A stretch of 32,000 bases of DNA, taken from contig OW818675.1 of the NCBI GenBank assembly GCA_942493095.1, positions 750,001-782,000 of the forward strand, given 5' to 3'. The stretch comes from Candidatus Electronema halotolerans. GTDB taxonomy: Bacteria > Desulfobacterota > Desulfobulbia > Desulfobulbales > Desulfobulbaceae. This document shows, one piece after another, positions 25,174 to 32,000 of the stretch; position 1 is the first letter of the stretch, and every line of letters starts with the position of its first letter. Under the pieces are notes generated by a model. The model made no database searches and had not been told where the DNA came from. It saw only the letters and a program-made list of their open reading frames with translations. The position numbers and the translations under genes are program-made.

Positions 25174-26081
25174 GACAATTTTGGGTAATGGTGAATCGTG
25201 AGTGATGGGTTGAAAATATGTTGAAATTGCTGGAAAATATAATATACTGGCGGCAAGGGATGCTCTCTGTCCCATCGGCTCTTCGTCGGATGCGCATGTC
25301 AAGCCGTCATTATGAAAAAAACAAACATGGAGAAGAAAGCTGTGCAATGCCCAAGATGTGGTTCATCAGTCATTGTGAAAAATGGCTCCAATGCGAATGG
25401 GAAAAAGAAATTTTTATGTAAGGACTGCTCACGTCAATTCGTTGAGAATCCTCAGAACAAAACAATATCTGATGCTGAATGGCGCATAGTTGATAAGCTT
25501 CTTGTTGAAAGAATCTCCTTGGCTGGGATTGCGAGAGCCGTTTCCATCTCAAAAAGATGGCTTCAGGAATATGTTAAAAAAAAACGAAATGAAGTCAAAA
25601 AAGAGGCTTTCAATATGTCCCGCAACGGAAAAATCTTCATCGAAGCCGATGAAATGTGGACTTTCGTTGGTGACAAGGAAAATGATATTTGGATATGGCT
25701 TGCTGTCGAGAGAAGAACAAAGCTTATTGTCGGATATCATGTTGGAAAAAGAGATAATGCAGGAGCAGCCGCCTTGTGGGACTCCCTTTCTGAAGATTGC
25801 AAAAAGAACGGAATATTTTTTACGGATGGACTCGCCGCTTATTCGAGCGTGTTTCCAGCTGAAAGGCATAGAATTGTCAGCAAAGGAAGCGGAAAAACAA
25901 GTCATATCGAAAGGCTCAATTTGACATTCAGACAAAGATTGTCTGCACTTGTCAGAAAGACCATTTCATTTTCGAGAAGCATCGAAAATTTAACTGCATC
26001 TGTCTGGAGGTTCATTCAAGATTATAATAATAATCTTTTGTTTAATTGATCACTCACAGTTCACCATCACCCAATTTTGTC
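25174..26081 (+). mobile_element. IS1-family insertion sequence (~908 bp, single fused transposase ORF)
   Basis: Imperfect ~33-bp terminal inverted repeats: GACAATTTTGGGTAATGGTGAATCGTGAGTGAT on the left and GACAAAATTGGGTGATGGTGAACTGTGAGTGAT on the right (reverse complement). I see no flanking direct repeat. Confidence 0.8.
25312..26049 (+). CDS. IS1-family transposase (InsAB-like, single frame)
   Basis: N-terminal zinc finger CPRCGS...CKDC, an HTH region, and DDE motifs IFIEADEMWTFVG, FFTDGLAAY and HIERLNLTFRQ. Start is 25312 or 25327 (MEKKAVQ). Confidence 0.9.
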   Translation: MKKTNMEKKAVQCPRCGSSVIVKNGSNANGKKKFLCKDCSRQFVENPQNKTISDAEWRIVDKLLVERISLAGIARAVSISKRWLQEYVKKKRNEVKKEAFNMSRNGKIFIEADEMWTFVGDKENDIWIWLAVERRTKLIVGYHVGKRDNAGAAALWDSLSEDCKKNGIFFTDGLAAYSSVFPAERHRIVSKGSGKTSHIERLNLTFRQRLSALVRKTISFSRSIENLTASVWRFIQDYNNNLLFN

Positions 26082-27154
26082 AATTCATACCTGTGGCGCA
26101 GAGAATCTTCAGTAAGGGGAACAGTATAATATAATGTGCTATAAAGATTAAAACCTATTTTGGTTAGGCAATTATTTTTTTTTGAAAAATCATTTATCGC
26201 CTTTTTTGTTTCATCATCTATGAAATTTGTCAATCTAACTTTTTTATACCCATGCAAGAAAAGCAATTCCTGCACTTTATTTATTTTTGTTTTCTCATCA
26301 ATCTGGTAATTCCATTGTTTTTTTACATAGTACTCTACTGTAGGATCAGGCTGTGCACCATCTAATAGCCTCCAATATGGCAGATCAAGATATTTTCCAA
26401 TAAGTTGGATAACACTTGTCTGAACAAGCAAGCGTAAGGCAGCATGTCTTCCTTCAACCTTTTTAACTTCCCCTTTCAGGCCAAGGGTTGGCCCAAGTAT
26501 TGTAAAACCAAGTTCTTTTTTGCCGATTCCCTTATGCACCTGCATAGTATTAGATGTCTGAATACGAGGAAGTCCGCTCATTGTATCAATATTCAGCATG
26601 TTTAAATCAATAGTTATCCTTGCAGTGCTTGTTTTTTCACCCTGCATATACTCAATGCCAAAAGGAGCTTGTTGTCCAAAATCATCAGTTTCATAACCTA
26701 AATTTGTAGAATCTTCTTTGGTTTCCATACCTCTGTCGAATTCAGTAATACCTCCTATTATAATAGCAGCAGGAACAAGTTTATTTTGTAAATTATTATA
26801 CCCTAAATTTTTCAGGTTAAGAACAATATCAGGACGATAAGGAATAAAAAGAATATTTCCTCCAATCGCATTCAACGCGCTTACGGTCATTTCTGTGATA
26901 TCATAGGGTATTTCTGCTTTTGTATGTTCTGCTGTTCCTGTGTTGTCACTGATTTTGTCAATCATAATTCTTGATCTCACTCCATAGATCTCAGCCATTT
27001 TGCCAAGATCCTTGAGAACATGACTTAATTCTGTTTTATTAACTTCTATGACTCCAGAAGGAATTTCTATATCAACTTGGCGCGGATCTATCTTAGCGCA
27101 TCCTAAAAAAAGCAGTGCCAAAAAAAAATATACCAATATTTTGATAATAGACAT
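26054..27154 (-). CDS. CsgG-family outer-membrane secretion lipoprotein with a C-terminal peptidoglycan-binding-like domain; extreme 3' end replaced by IS1
   Basis: ATG at 27154 (MSIIKILVYFFLALLFLGCA, with lipobox Cys). Three segments line up with E. coli CsgG as I remember it:
- IDKISDNTGT...MTVSALNAIGGNILFIPYR (cf. IQDETGQ...LVTALKDSRWFIPLER);
- AAIIIGGITEFD;
- RITIDLNMLNIDTMSGLP.
The tail VQELLFLHGYKKVRLTNFIDDETKKAINDFSKKNN looks like PG_binding_1. The last 9 codons and the stop lie inside the IS1 inverted repeat. Confidence 0.7.
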   Translation of the reverse strand: MSIIKILVYFFLALLFLGCAKIDPRQVDIEIPSGVIEVNKTELSHVLKDLGKMAEIYGVRSRIMIDKISDNTGTAEHTKAEIPYDITEMTVSALNAIGGNILFIPYRPDIVLNLKNLGYNNLQNKLVPAAIIIGGITEFDRGMETKEDSTNLGYETDDFGQQAPFGIEYMQGEKTSTARITIDLNMLNIDTMSGLPRIQTSNTMQVHKGIGKKELGFTILGPTLGLKGEVKKVEGRHAALRLLVQTSVIQLIGKYLDLPYWRLLDGAQPDPTVEYYVKKQWNYQIDEKTKINKVQELLFLHGYKKVRLTNFIDDETKKAINDFSKKNNCLTKIGFNLYSTLYYTVPLTEDSLRHRYELTKLGDGEL

Positions 27155-27175
27155 TATGCGCAACAAATACTTTTT

Positions 27176-27210
27176 AAATAAAAAATCCGCCTTTTGAAAA
27201 GGCGGATTTC
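27176..27210 (-). terminator. Strong rho-independent terminator between the small secreted protein gene and the CsgG-like gene
   Basis: Perfect palindrome AAATCCGCCTTTT-G-AAAAGGCGGATTT (27183-27209). On the minus strand it runs into TTTTTTATTT. Confidence 0.75.
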
Positions 27211-27230
27211 ACAAAAATTTCAAGAAAAAA

Positions 27231-27575
27231 CTATTTCATGGATATGGCCGCCTTGTCCCCCTGAGACTGATCAATAATTATGATATCACCATGAATATTA
27301 CTCCCTGAACCAACTATTACTGAGTTGACAGAAATATTTTTTGCTGTTCCATTCGCATCGTCAATAACAACATCGTCGCTGCTCATAGATGTATATGATT
27401 TACTGATAGAATTAAGAACAATGTAACTTATATTCTTCTGCATTTTGCCTAACTCGTGATAATCAGTTATAGAATCATCTATATCAATGCCATCGTCTAT
27501 ATCCAAGGCAAGACATGAATTGATGATTGATACTGATATGGTTATTATAAGCAGTAAAATTTTCATAGTTTTCAT
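27231..27575 (-). CDS. Small secreted protein (114 aa), Asp/Ile/Ser-rich, unknown family
   Basis: ATG at 27575 (MKTMKILLLIITISVSIINSCLA) or 27566, with a signal peptide. The C-terminal half (NISVNSVIVGSGSNIHGDIIIIDQSQGD) looks beta-strand rich. The ORF-track 5' extension to 27713 overlaps the upstream gene and is rejected. Confidence 0.5.
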   Translation of the reverse strand: MKTMKILLLIITISVSIINSCLALDIDDGIDIDDSITDYHELGKMQKNISYIVLNSISKSYTSMSSDDVVIDDANGTAKNISVNSVIVGSGSNIHGDIIIIDQSQGDKAAISMK

Positions 27576-27617
27576 AATAATTGACACCTGTGTTTTTTCT
27601 TCCTTACTTAAAGGAGT

Positions 27618-27645
27618 CAGGGAGTCAACATAAATTGACTCCCTG
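27618..27645 (-). other. 11-bp perfect stem hairpin just downstream of the repeat-protein gene
   Basis: CAGGGAGTCAA-CATAAA-TTGACTCCCTG. On the minus strand the T-run lies 5' of the stem rather than 3', so this is not a canonical terminator. It could be an RNA stability or processing element. Confidence 0.35.
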
Positions 27646-27663
27646 AAAAAACGCTGATCGTTG

Positions 27664-28506
27664 TTACTGGATGGCAACACCACCTGCAACAGCGGTTGCT
27701 CCTCCAGTTGCAACAGCAGTCACATCATCAGCATCAACTTTGTTGTTCACATTACCGACGGTAACCCCCCATTTAAGAGATATTCCGCCTGCGACGGCTG
27801 TTGAATATTCACCTTTAGCTACAGCAGTGATGTCATCAGCCTTAACATTGTTGTTTAGATTGCCAACACCATCAACAAAATCAGTGACGGTAATCCCTCC
27901 CGCAGCTGCTGTGGCATCACCTTTAGCCACAGCAGTGATGTCATCAGCCTCAACATTATTGTTTATATTGCCGATATTGTAGGCATCACGAAGACTAATT
28001 CCGCCTGCAGCGGCAGCCGCCCCTAAACCTTCAGCTACAGCAGTAATATCATCAGCATCAACCTTGTTGTTCACGTTGCCAATGTTATGAGATCCTGAAC
28101 CCTTTATATCGATACCACCTGCCGCAGCACTTGCGCCCCACGGTCCCTTTGCGACAGCAGTCACATCATCGGCATTAACATTATTGTTCACATTGCCAAT
28201 GGGACCTGATTCTCTGATGTTGATGCCTGCCGCAATCGCACTTGAGCCATCCTCAGATCCAGCTCCCTTTGCGACAGCAGTCACATCACCAGCCTCAACC
28301 TTGTTATTAACATTACCATAGTCATAAGAATTCTCAATGCTGATGCCGGCCGCTGTCGCTGTCACTGTCCCTTCTCCTGGTCCTCCATGCTGTTTAGCAA
28401 CAGCAGTAATGTCGTCGGCATCAACCTTGTTATTCACATTGCTCGCAAAAGCACTTCCTGCGCACATAATAACAGATACTGCTACGATAATTGCTGTCTT
28501 GTTCAT
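27664..28506 (-). CDS. Secreted repeat protein (280 aa): signal peptide plus seven imperfect 30-42 aa repeats built around GNVNNKVDADDITAVAKG...AAGGI
   Basis: ATG at 28506 (MNKTAIIVAVSVIMCAGSAFA) with AAGGAG upstream. The repeats are read directly from the translation. The protein is rich in Asn, Ala, Gly, Val and Asp. Apart from one Cys in the signal peptide it has no Cys, and there are almost no aromatic residues in the repeat cores. Confidence 0.75.
   Translation of the reverse strand: MNKTAIIVAVSVIMCAGSAFASNVNNKVDADDITAVAKQHGGPGEGTVTATAAGISIENSYDYGNVNNKVEAGDVTAVAKGAGSEDGSSAIAAGINIRESGPIGNVNNNVNADDVTAVAKGPWGASAAAGGIDIKGSGSHNIGNVNNKVDADDITAVAEGLGAAAAAGGISLRDAYNIGNINNNVEADDITAVAKGDATAAAGGITVTDFVDGVGNLNNNVKADDITAVAKGEYSTAVAGGISLKWGVTVGNVNNKVDADDVTAVATGGATAVAGGVAIQ
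27711..28446 (-). repeat. Seven degenerate ~100-127 nt tandem coding repeats within the repeat-protein gene
   Basis: The plus-strand core ACAGCAGT(C/G/A)A(C/T)(A/G)TCATC(A/G)GC(A/C)T(C/T)AAC(A/C/T)TT(G/A)TT(G/A)TT recurs near 27713, 27821, 27921, 28033, 28151, 28271 and 28398. Confidence 0.8.
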
Positions 28507-28533
28507 GTCGATCTCCTTTGTTGGGGATTGAGT

Positions 28534-28572
28534 AAAAAAACTTCCTGCTGAGTTTCTTTCTACAGCAGAAAG
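28534..28572 (-). terminator. Rho-independent terminator/attenuator between the DUF2807-like gene and the repeat-protein gene
   Basis: Minus strand reads CTTTCTGCTG-(12 nt loop)-CAGCAGGAAG followed by TTTTTTT. The stem is 10 bp with one G-U. Only ~27 nt separate it from the repeat-protein ATG. Confidence 0.6.
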
Positions 28573-28591
28573 ATTTGAAAAGCCAATTGAG

Positions 28592-29317
28592 TCACTCTGC
28601 GGCATCCACTCTGCCAGCACCTGTTGTTTCAGATATTACAACAGGATGTCCTGCATAAACAACATGTCCTGCGCCGAATGCTTTGGCTGTCAATTTTTTT
28701 CCGGCATTAACAGTGGCTCTGCCACTGCCACTTACAGACACAAAAGCCTCTTCAGAGAAGAGTTTTTCACATTGCAATTTCCCGGCTTCAGATATGACCG
28801 CCGTTATTTTCTCGATGTTTCCTTGCGCTGCTACAGAAGCAGCACCACTGACATCAATGTTGAAATTTTCAACATTGCGTATGTCTTCAATCATAACTTC
28901 CGCCGCGCCATCAACTGAAATGGATGAAATACTTTTCACCTGCACATCCAGCTTCACGGGGCGCAATGTTGAAATATTTTTTTTCACCCCTATTTTCAAC
29001 ACGTCCCCCTCCACCTTTGTTTTTATCAAAGGAACAACAGAGCTGTCCGCTGAGATAAAAACAATATTTTCCTGTCCAAACTTGATATGAATTTTTCCAG
29101 CAAAATTTCTTATATCAATCTGGCAAAAATCTGGGAGCACTCTTCTCTCTTGTTTAAGAACTCCTGTGTCAAGAGTTGCTCCTGGAGACAAGGCATGTCC
29201 ATTGATCACAATACCGCCTGCCACAGCTTGACTGCCTTGCTTGACAACTGAAGCAGCTATTGTGCGAAAAGTCATAACAGACAAAAGGAATATTGCAGCG
29301 GCAAAAATTAACTTCAT
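28592..29317 (-). CDS. Secreted DUF2807 / GIN-domain (adhesin-head-like beta-helix) protein
   Basis: Signal peptide MKLIFAAAIFLLSVMTFRTIAA. The periodic pattern is typical of DUF2807: IHIKFGQENIVFISAD...GDVLKIGVKK...ISVDGAAEV...IDVSGAASV...VSVSGSGRATV...AFGAGHVVYAGHPVVISETTGAGRV. Confidence 0.6.
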   Translation of the reverse strand: MKLIFAAAIFLLSVMTFRTIAASVVKQGSQAVAGGIVINGHALSPGATLDTGVLKQERRVLPDFCQIDIRNFAGKIHIKFGQENIVFISADSSVVPLIKTKVEGDVLKIGVKKNISTLRPVKLDVQVKSISSISVDGAAEVMIEDIRNVENFNIDVSGAASVAAQGNIEKITAVISEAGKLQCEKLFSEEAFVSVSGSGRATVNAGKKLTAKAFGAGHVVYAGHPVVISETTGAGRVDAAE

Positions 29318-29387
29318 ATTTTATGTCTAACATGTTTTATGTTACCTGTCAAATATTTTTTTGCAAAAAAATAAATGAGAATAATTA

Positions 29388-31100
29388 TTATTGACCATTG
29401 TGCAGCATTGCCCCTTTCTGCCGCTCCCGCTGTTTCGTGTTCTGTTCAACAAAGCAAGGCTGACCGGTGAAGGGATTTTCGCCTGTCCAATACATCACGG
29501 TTGACCAAGTTGAAGGCGTGGGGGTAAAAATCTGCACCTGCTTGGGCAGCAGCTTCAGCTCGCGCAAACAGAAGCGGCGCAGGGCCTCCATGTCCTGCTG
29601 TCGGCAGCCAGGATGGGCGGCAATCAGGTAATAGGTGAGGAACTGCGGCAGTTCCTCCTCCTTGCTGATTTGGTTGAACAGCTTGCGGAAGCGGAGCAGG
29701 CTTTCCATCCCCGGCTTGCCCATGCAGGCCAAGACTTGCGGCTGGCAGTGCTCAGGCGCGGCCTTCATCTGGCCGGAGACATGATGCCGGATCACTTGCC
29801 GCAGGTAGCTGAGGCCGTTCTTCTGATCCGCCAAAATCAGATCGTGACGGATGCCTGATGCAACAACCGCCTGCTTCACGCCCTTCAGCGAACGCAGTGC
29901 CTCCAGCAAGGCCGTCTGCTCGCTGTGATCAACTCGCAGATTCTTGCAGACGGTCGGATAGAGGCAGCGGCGGTCAGGGCAGCTCCCCTTGGTCAGCTTT
30001 TTTTGGCATTCGATGCCGTACATATTGGCGGTCGGCCCGCCCACGTCATGGATGCGGCCCTTGAAGCCCGGGCTTTCCGCCAGCCGTCGGGCCTCGGCCA
30101 AAATTGACTGCCTGCTCCGCCACGTGACAGTGCGGCCCTGATGCACAGCAATGGCGCAGAAGTTGCATTCGCCATAGCAGCCGCGATGCGAGGCGATGGA
30201 AAAACGGATGGTCTCCAAGGCGCGCACCTTTCCTTTTTGCCTGTCAAAGGGATGCGCGTCATGCTGATAATCCAAGCTGTGGACCTGATCCAGTTCTGCC
30301 TGACTGAGGGGCGGCTGGGGCGGATTATGAATCAGCCAGCGTGAACCGTGCTGCTGGGCCAGTCCCTGCGCGGTGATCGCATCATTGTTGGCATAGAAAA
30401 GGCGGAACATTTCGGTAAAGGCCTTTTTCTCCGCAGGCGAGCTGCCAGCAACCTCCTCGTAAGATGGCAAAGTAAGATATGTTTCCGGTTTTGCCTTGGC
30501 CGCATAGCAGAGACCGCGAATCTGATGCGCATCTCCACCGTCGCGCAGGGCTTCAGCCAATTCAACCACACTGCGTTCGGCCATGCCATAGAGCAGATAA
30601 TCCGCCTTGGCATCAAGGAGAATGGAACGGCGCACCGCATTTGACCACCAGTCATAATGGGCAATGCGGCGCAGGCTGGCCTCAATGCCGCCGAGCACGA
30701 TTGGGCAGGTCTTTTTGAAATGGGCGCGGATCAGATTGGCATAAACAAGCACGGCCCGGTCAGGACGGCGGTTGTTGAGACCGCCGGGCGTGTGATCGTC
30801 CTGCTTTCGTTTTTTTCCTGAAGCCGTGTAGTTGGCGACCATCGAATCCACGCAGCCGCTGCTCACGCCCCAGAAGAGGCGCGGCTCGCCAAGACGGCGG
30901 ATGTCATCGCTGCGCAGGTCTGGCTGGCTGATGATGCCGACCCGGAAGCCTGCCGCCTCCAGCACCCGACCAATCACAGCAGCACCGGCAAAGGGTGAGT
31001 CTATGTATGCGTCGCCATTGACAAGGATGACATCCAAGCCGTCCCAGCCGCGCTGGCGCAGCTCCTGCCGGGTCGTGGGCAGGAAAAGATTTTCAGGCAT
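29388..31100 (-). CDS. ygiQ: YgiQ-family (UPF0313) radical SAM protein
   Basis: N-terminus MPENLFLPTTRQELRQRGWDGLDVILVNGDAYIDSPFAGAAVIGRVLEAAGFRVGIISQPD is characteristic of YgiQ. The radical SAM cluster motif is SHRGCYGECNFCAI. ATG at 31100 overlaps the upstream gene by 8 nt; the ORF-track extension to 31229 is rejected. Confidence 0.9.
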   Translation of the reverse strand: MPENLFLPTTRQELRQRGWDGLDVILVNGDAYIDSPFAGAAVIGRVLEAAGFRVGIISQPDLRSDDIRRLGEPRLFWGVSSGCVDSMVANYTASGKKRKQDDHTPGGLNNRRPDRAVLVYANLIRAHFKKTCPIVLGGIEASLRRIAHYDWWSNAVRRSILLDAKADYLLYGMAERSVVELAEALRDGGDAHQIRGLCYAAKAKPETYLTLPSYEEVAGSSPAEKKAFTEMFRLFYANNDAITAQGLAQQHGSRWLIHNPPQPPLSQAELDQVHSLDYQHDAHPFDRQKGKVRALETIRFSIASHRGCYGECNFCAIAVHQGRTVTWRSRQSILAEARRLAESPGFKGRIHDVGGPTANMYGIECQKKLTKGSCPDRRCLYPTVCKNLRVDHSEQTALLEALRSLKGVKQAVVASGIRHDLILADQKNGLSYLRQVIRHHVSGQMKAAPEHCQPQVLACMGKPGMESLLRFRKLFNQISKEEELPQFLTYYLIAAHPGCRQQDMEALRRFCLRELKLLPKQVQIFTPTPSTWSTVMYWTGENPFTGQPCFVEQNTKQRERQKGAMLHNGQ

Positions 31101-32000
31101 CCTCACGCAGCAGGAGGAAGAGACCGGCAGCAGCCACGGTGAGATGAATGGAAAGGGCTGCGGCCAAGGGATTGAGATAATCCGCCTTGGCCAAGGATTG
31201 CAGAATCGCCCATATTCCCCAGCAGACAAAGGCCATGCCGCAGCTCACCGGCACAGCTAAGGACAGGTCGCGGCCCCATTTTTGATAGACTGTGAGCAGC
31301 AGGGGCAGGCCGAGCAGGAGCAGGGGCAGGCCGAGCAGGATATACGATATTCGGCCATAGAACTGCGCCCAGGCAAGTGCCCGGTCTTCTGGACTCTGCT
31401 TGCCGCGCAGGGCCTCCCGGTACAGCTCCAGCAGGGACAGCTCATAATTGCGATACTGAGGAACGAAAAAATCAGCGGGTTTCTGCGGAAACCTGAAACC
31501 ACGGCTGCTGAAGACTTCACTGCGGAAGCCGCCGCCGTCCTTGGCCACTTGCGCCTGCCCATTAAGTAGAATCCATGCGCCGTTCTGCCAGAAAGCAAGT
31601 TCTGCCGCAACCAAGGTGCGCAGCTCATACTTTTTATTCCACGTGGCGTAGGAAAAAAAAGCAAATTCATTGCTGCGCGGATCAGGGCGGGCAAAGGAGT
31701 AAAAGGTGTCATCGCCCTGATAATAATAGCGGCCATTGCGGTAAATGCCGAGCGGCACCTTGCCCTTGACCTCCTTGTTCCAGATTCGGTTGGTCTGGGC
31801 CGCAGTTTTTGGCAGGACAAACTGGGACAGGGCCATGAGCAGCAGGGTGGCGATGATGCCGCCGCCAATGATCGGCGCAGTGATCTGCTTGAGGGAAACT
31901 CCGCCCGCCTTGAGCGCGGTCAGCTCGTTGGAATGATTGAGCACTCCCAGCGTGACCACTCCGGCCAGCAGAATGCAGACCGGCCCCATCTGCTCGATGA
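31093..32000 (-). CDS. LptF/LptG-family (YjgP/YjgQ) LPS export permease, C-terminal ~300 aa (N-terminus beyond the right edge)
   Basis: LTALKAGGVSLKQITAPIIGGGII, a periplasmic beta-jellyroll-like segment (YYYQGDDTFYSFARPD...) and three C-terminal TM helices. The frame stays open to position 32000. Confidence 0.8.
   Translation of the reverse strand, partial: IEQMGPVCILLAGVVTLGVLNHSNELTALKAGGVSLKQITAPIIGGGIIATLLLMALSQFVLPKTAAQTNRIWNKEVKGKVPLGIYRNGRYYYQGDDTFYSFARPDPRSNEFAFFSYATWNKKYELRTLVAAELAFWQNGAWILLNGQAQVAKDGGGFRSEVFSSRGFRFPQKPADFFVPQYRNYELSLLELYREALRGKQSPEDRALAWAQFYGRISYILLGLPLLLLGLPLLLTVYQKWGRDLSLAVPVSCGMAFVCWGIWAILQSLAKADYLNPLAAALSIHLTVAAAGLFLLLREDA

Noticed and set aside
27576-27713. 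5' extensions of the ORFs 27231..27713 and 27664..28620
   Set aside because: The extensions overlap the preceding genes or terminators and lack ribosome-binding sites. Internal ATGs at 27575 and 28506 give proper signal peptides, and 28506 has AAGGAG upstream.
27711-28446. Possible CRISPR-like or non-coding tandem array
   Set aside because: The periodicity is irregular (about 100-127 nt) and the units are diverged. They lie in one long open frame that translates to a coherent repeat protein with a signal peptide. There are no spacer-like unique segments and no cas genes.
31101-31229. N-terminal 43 codons of the 613-aa YgiQ ORF
   Set aside because: They overlap the LptF/G gene end. The conserved YgiQ N-terminus begins at the ATG at 31100 (MPENLFLPTT...).
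1-32000. tRNA, rRNA, tmRNA, riboswitch or integrase/att signatures at island borders
   Set aside because: I scanned the intergenic regions and saw no cloverleaf-like or rRNA-like sequence and no tyrosine or serine recombinase ORF. The island borders are IS elements or gene junctions instead.

Overview
This is a 32-kb chromosomal segment from a GC-rich Gram-negative bacterium. I cannot assign a taxon by eye. Backbone genes are an LptF/G permease, a split MacAB-type pump, a CpxP/Spy-like protein, RuvB, CmoB and YgiQ. All calls come from reading the sequence and the ORF translations by hand; no search, HMM or fold prediction was run. Almost every gene is on the minus strand; only the IS1 transposase and one IS630 copy are on plus.

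The GC-rich backbone (my rough estimate 55-62% GC) is interrupted by three visibly AT-rich accessory blocks (roughly 30-40% GC). It also carries five IS copies from four families: two nested IS66 copies, two inverted IS630 copies and one IS1.

- Block 1 (6860-10971): a Cache-domain/pentameric ligand-gated ion channel fusion gene, broken by the two IS630 copies.
- Block 2 (17093-22343): a tightly coupled operon encoding a small Trypco2-like protein, a trypsin-like protease fused to a STAND NTPase, and a second STAND NTPase with a TPR array. It is joined by an ATGA overlap to a GC-rich radical SAM/SPASM gene. This is my top candidate for an uncharacterised NTPase/protease conflict (defence-type) system.
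- Block 3 (25174-29387): an IS1 followed by a curli-like secretion cluster. It encodes a DUF2807/GIN beta-helix protein, a secreted 7-repeat Asn/Ala/Gly-rich protein, a small secreted protein and a CsgG-family lipoprotein with a peptidoglycan-binding tail. Decayed fragments of the neighbouring ygiQ gene lie at its far border.

Other points of note are a duplicated promoter/signal-peptide module in front of the CpxP-like and EF-hand periplasmic genes, and a lower-GC response-regulator gene sitting inside the MacAB-type operon. I saw no rRNA, tRNA or CRISPR array.
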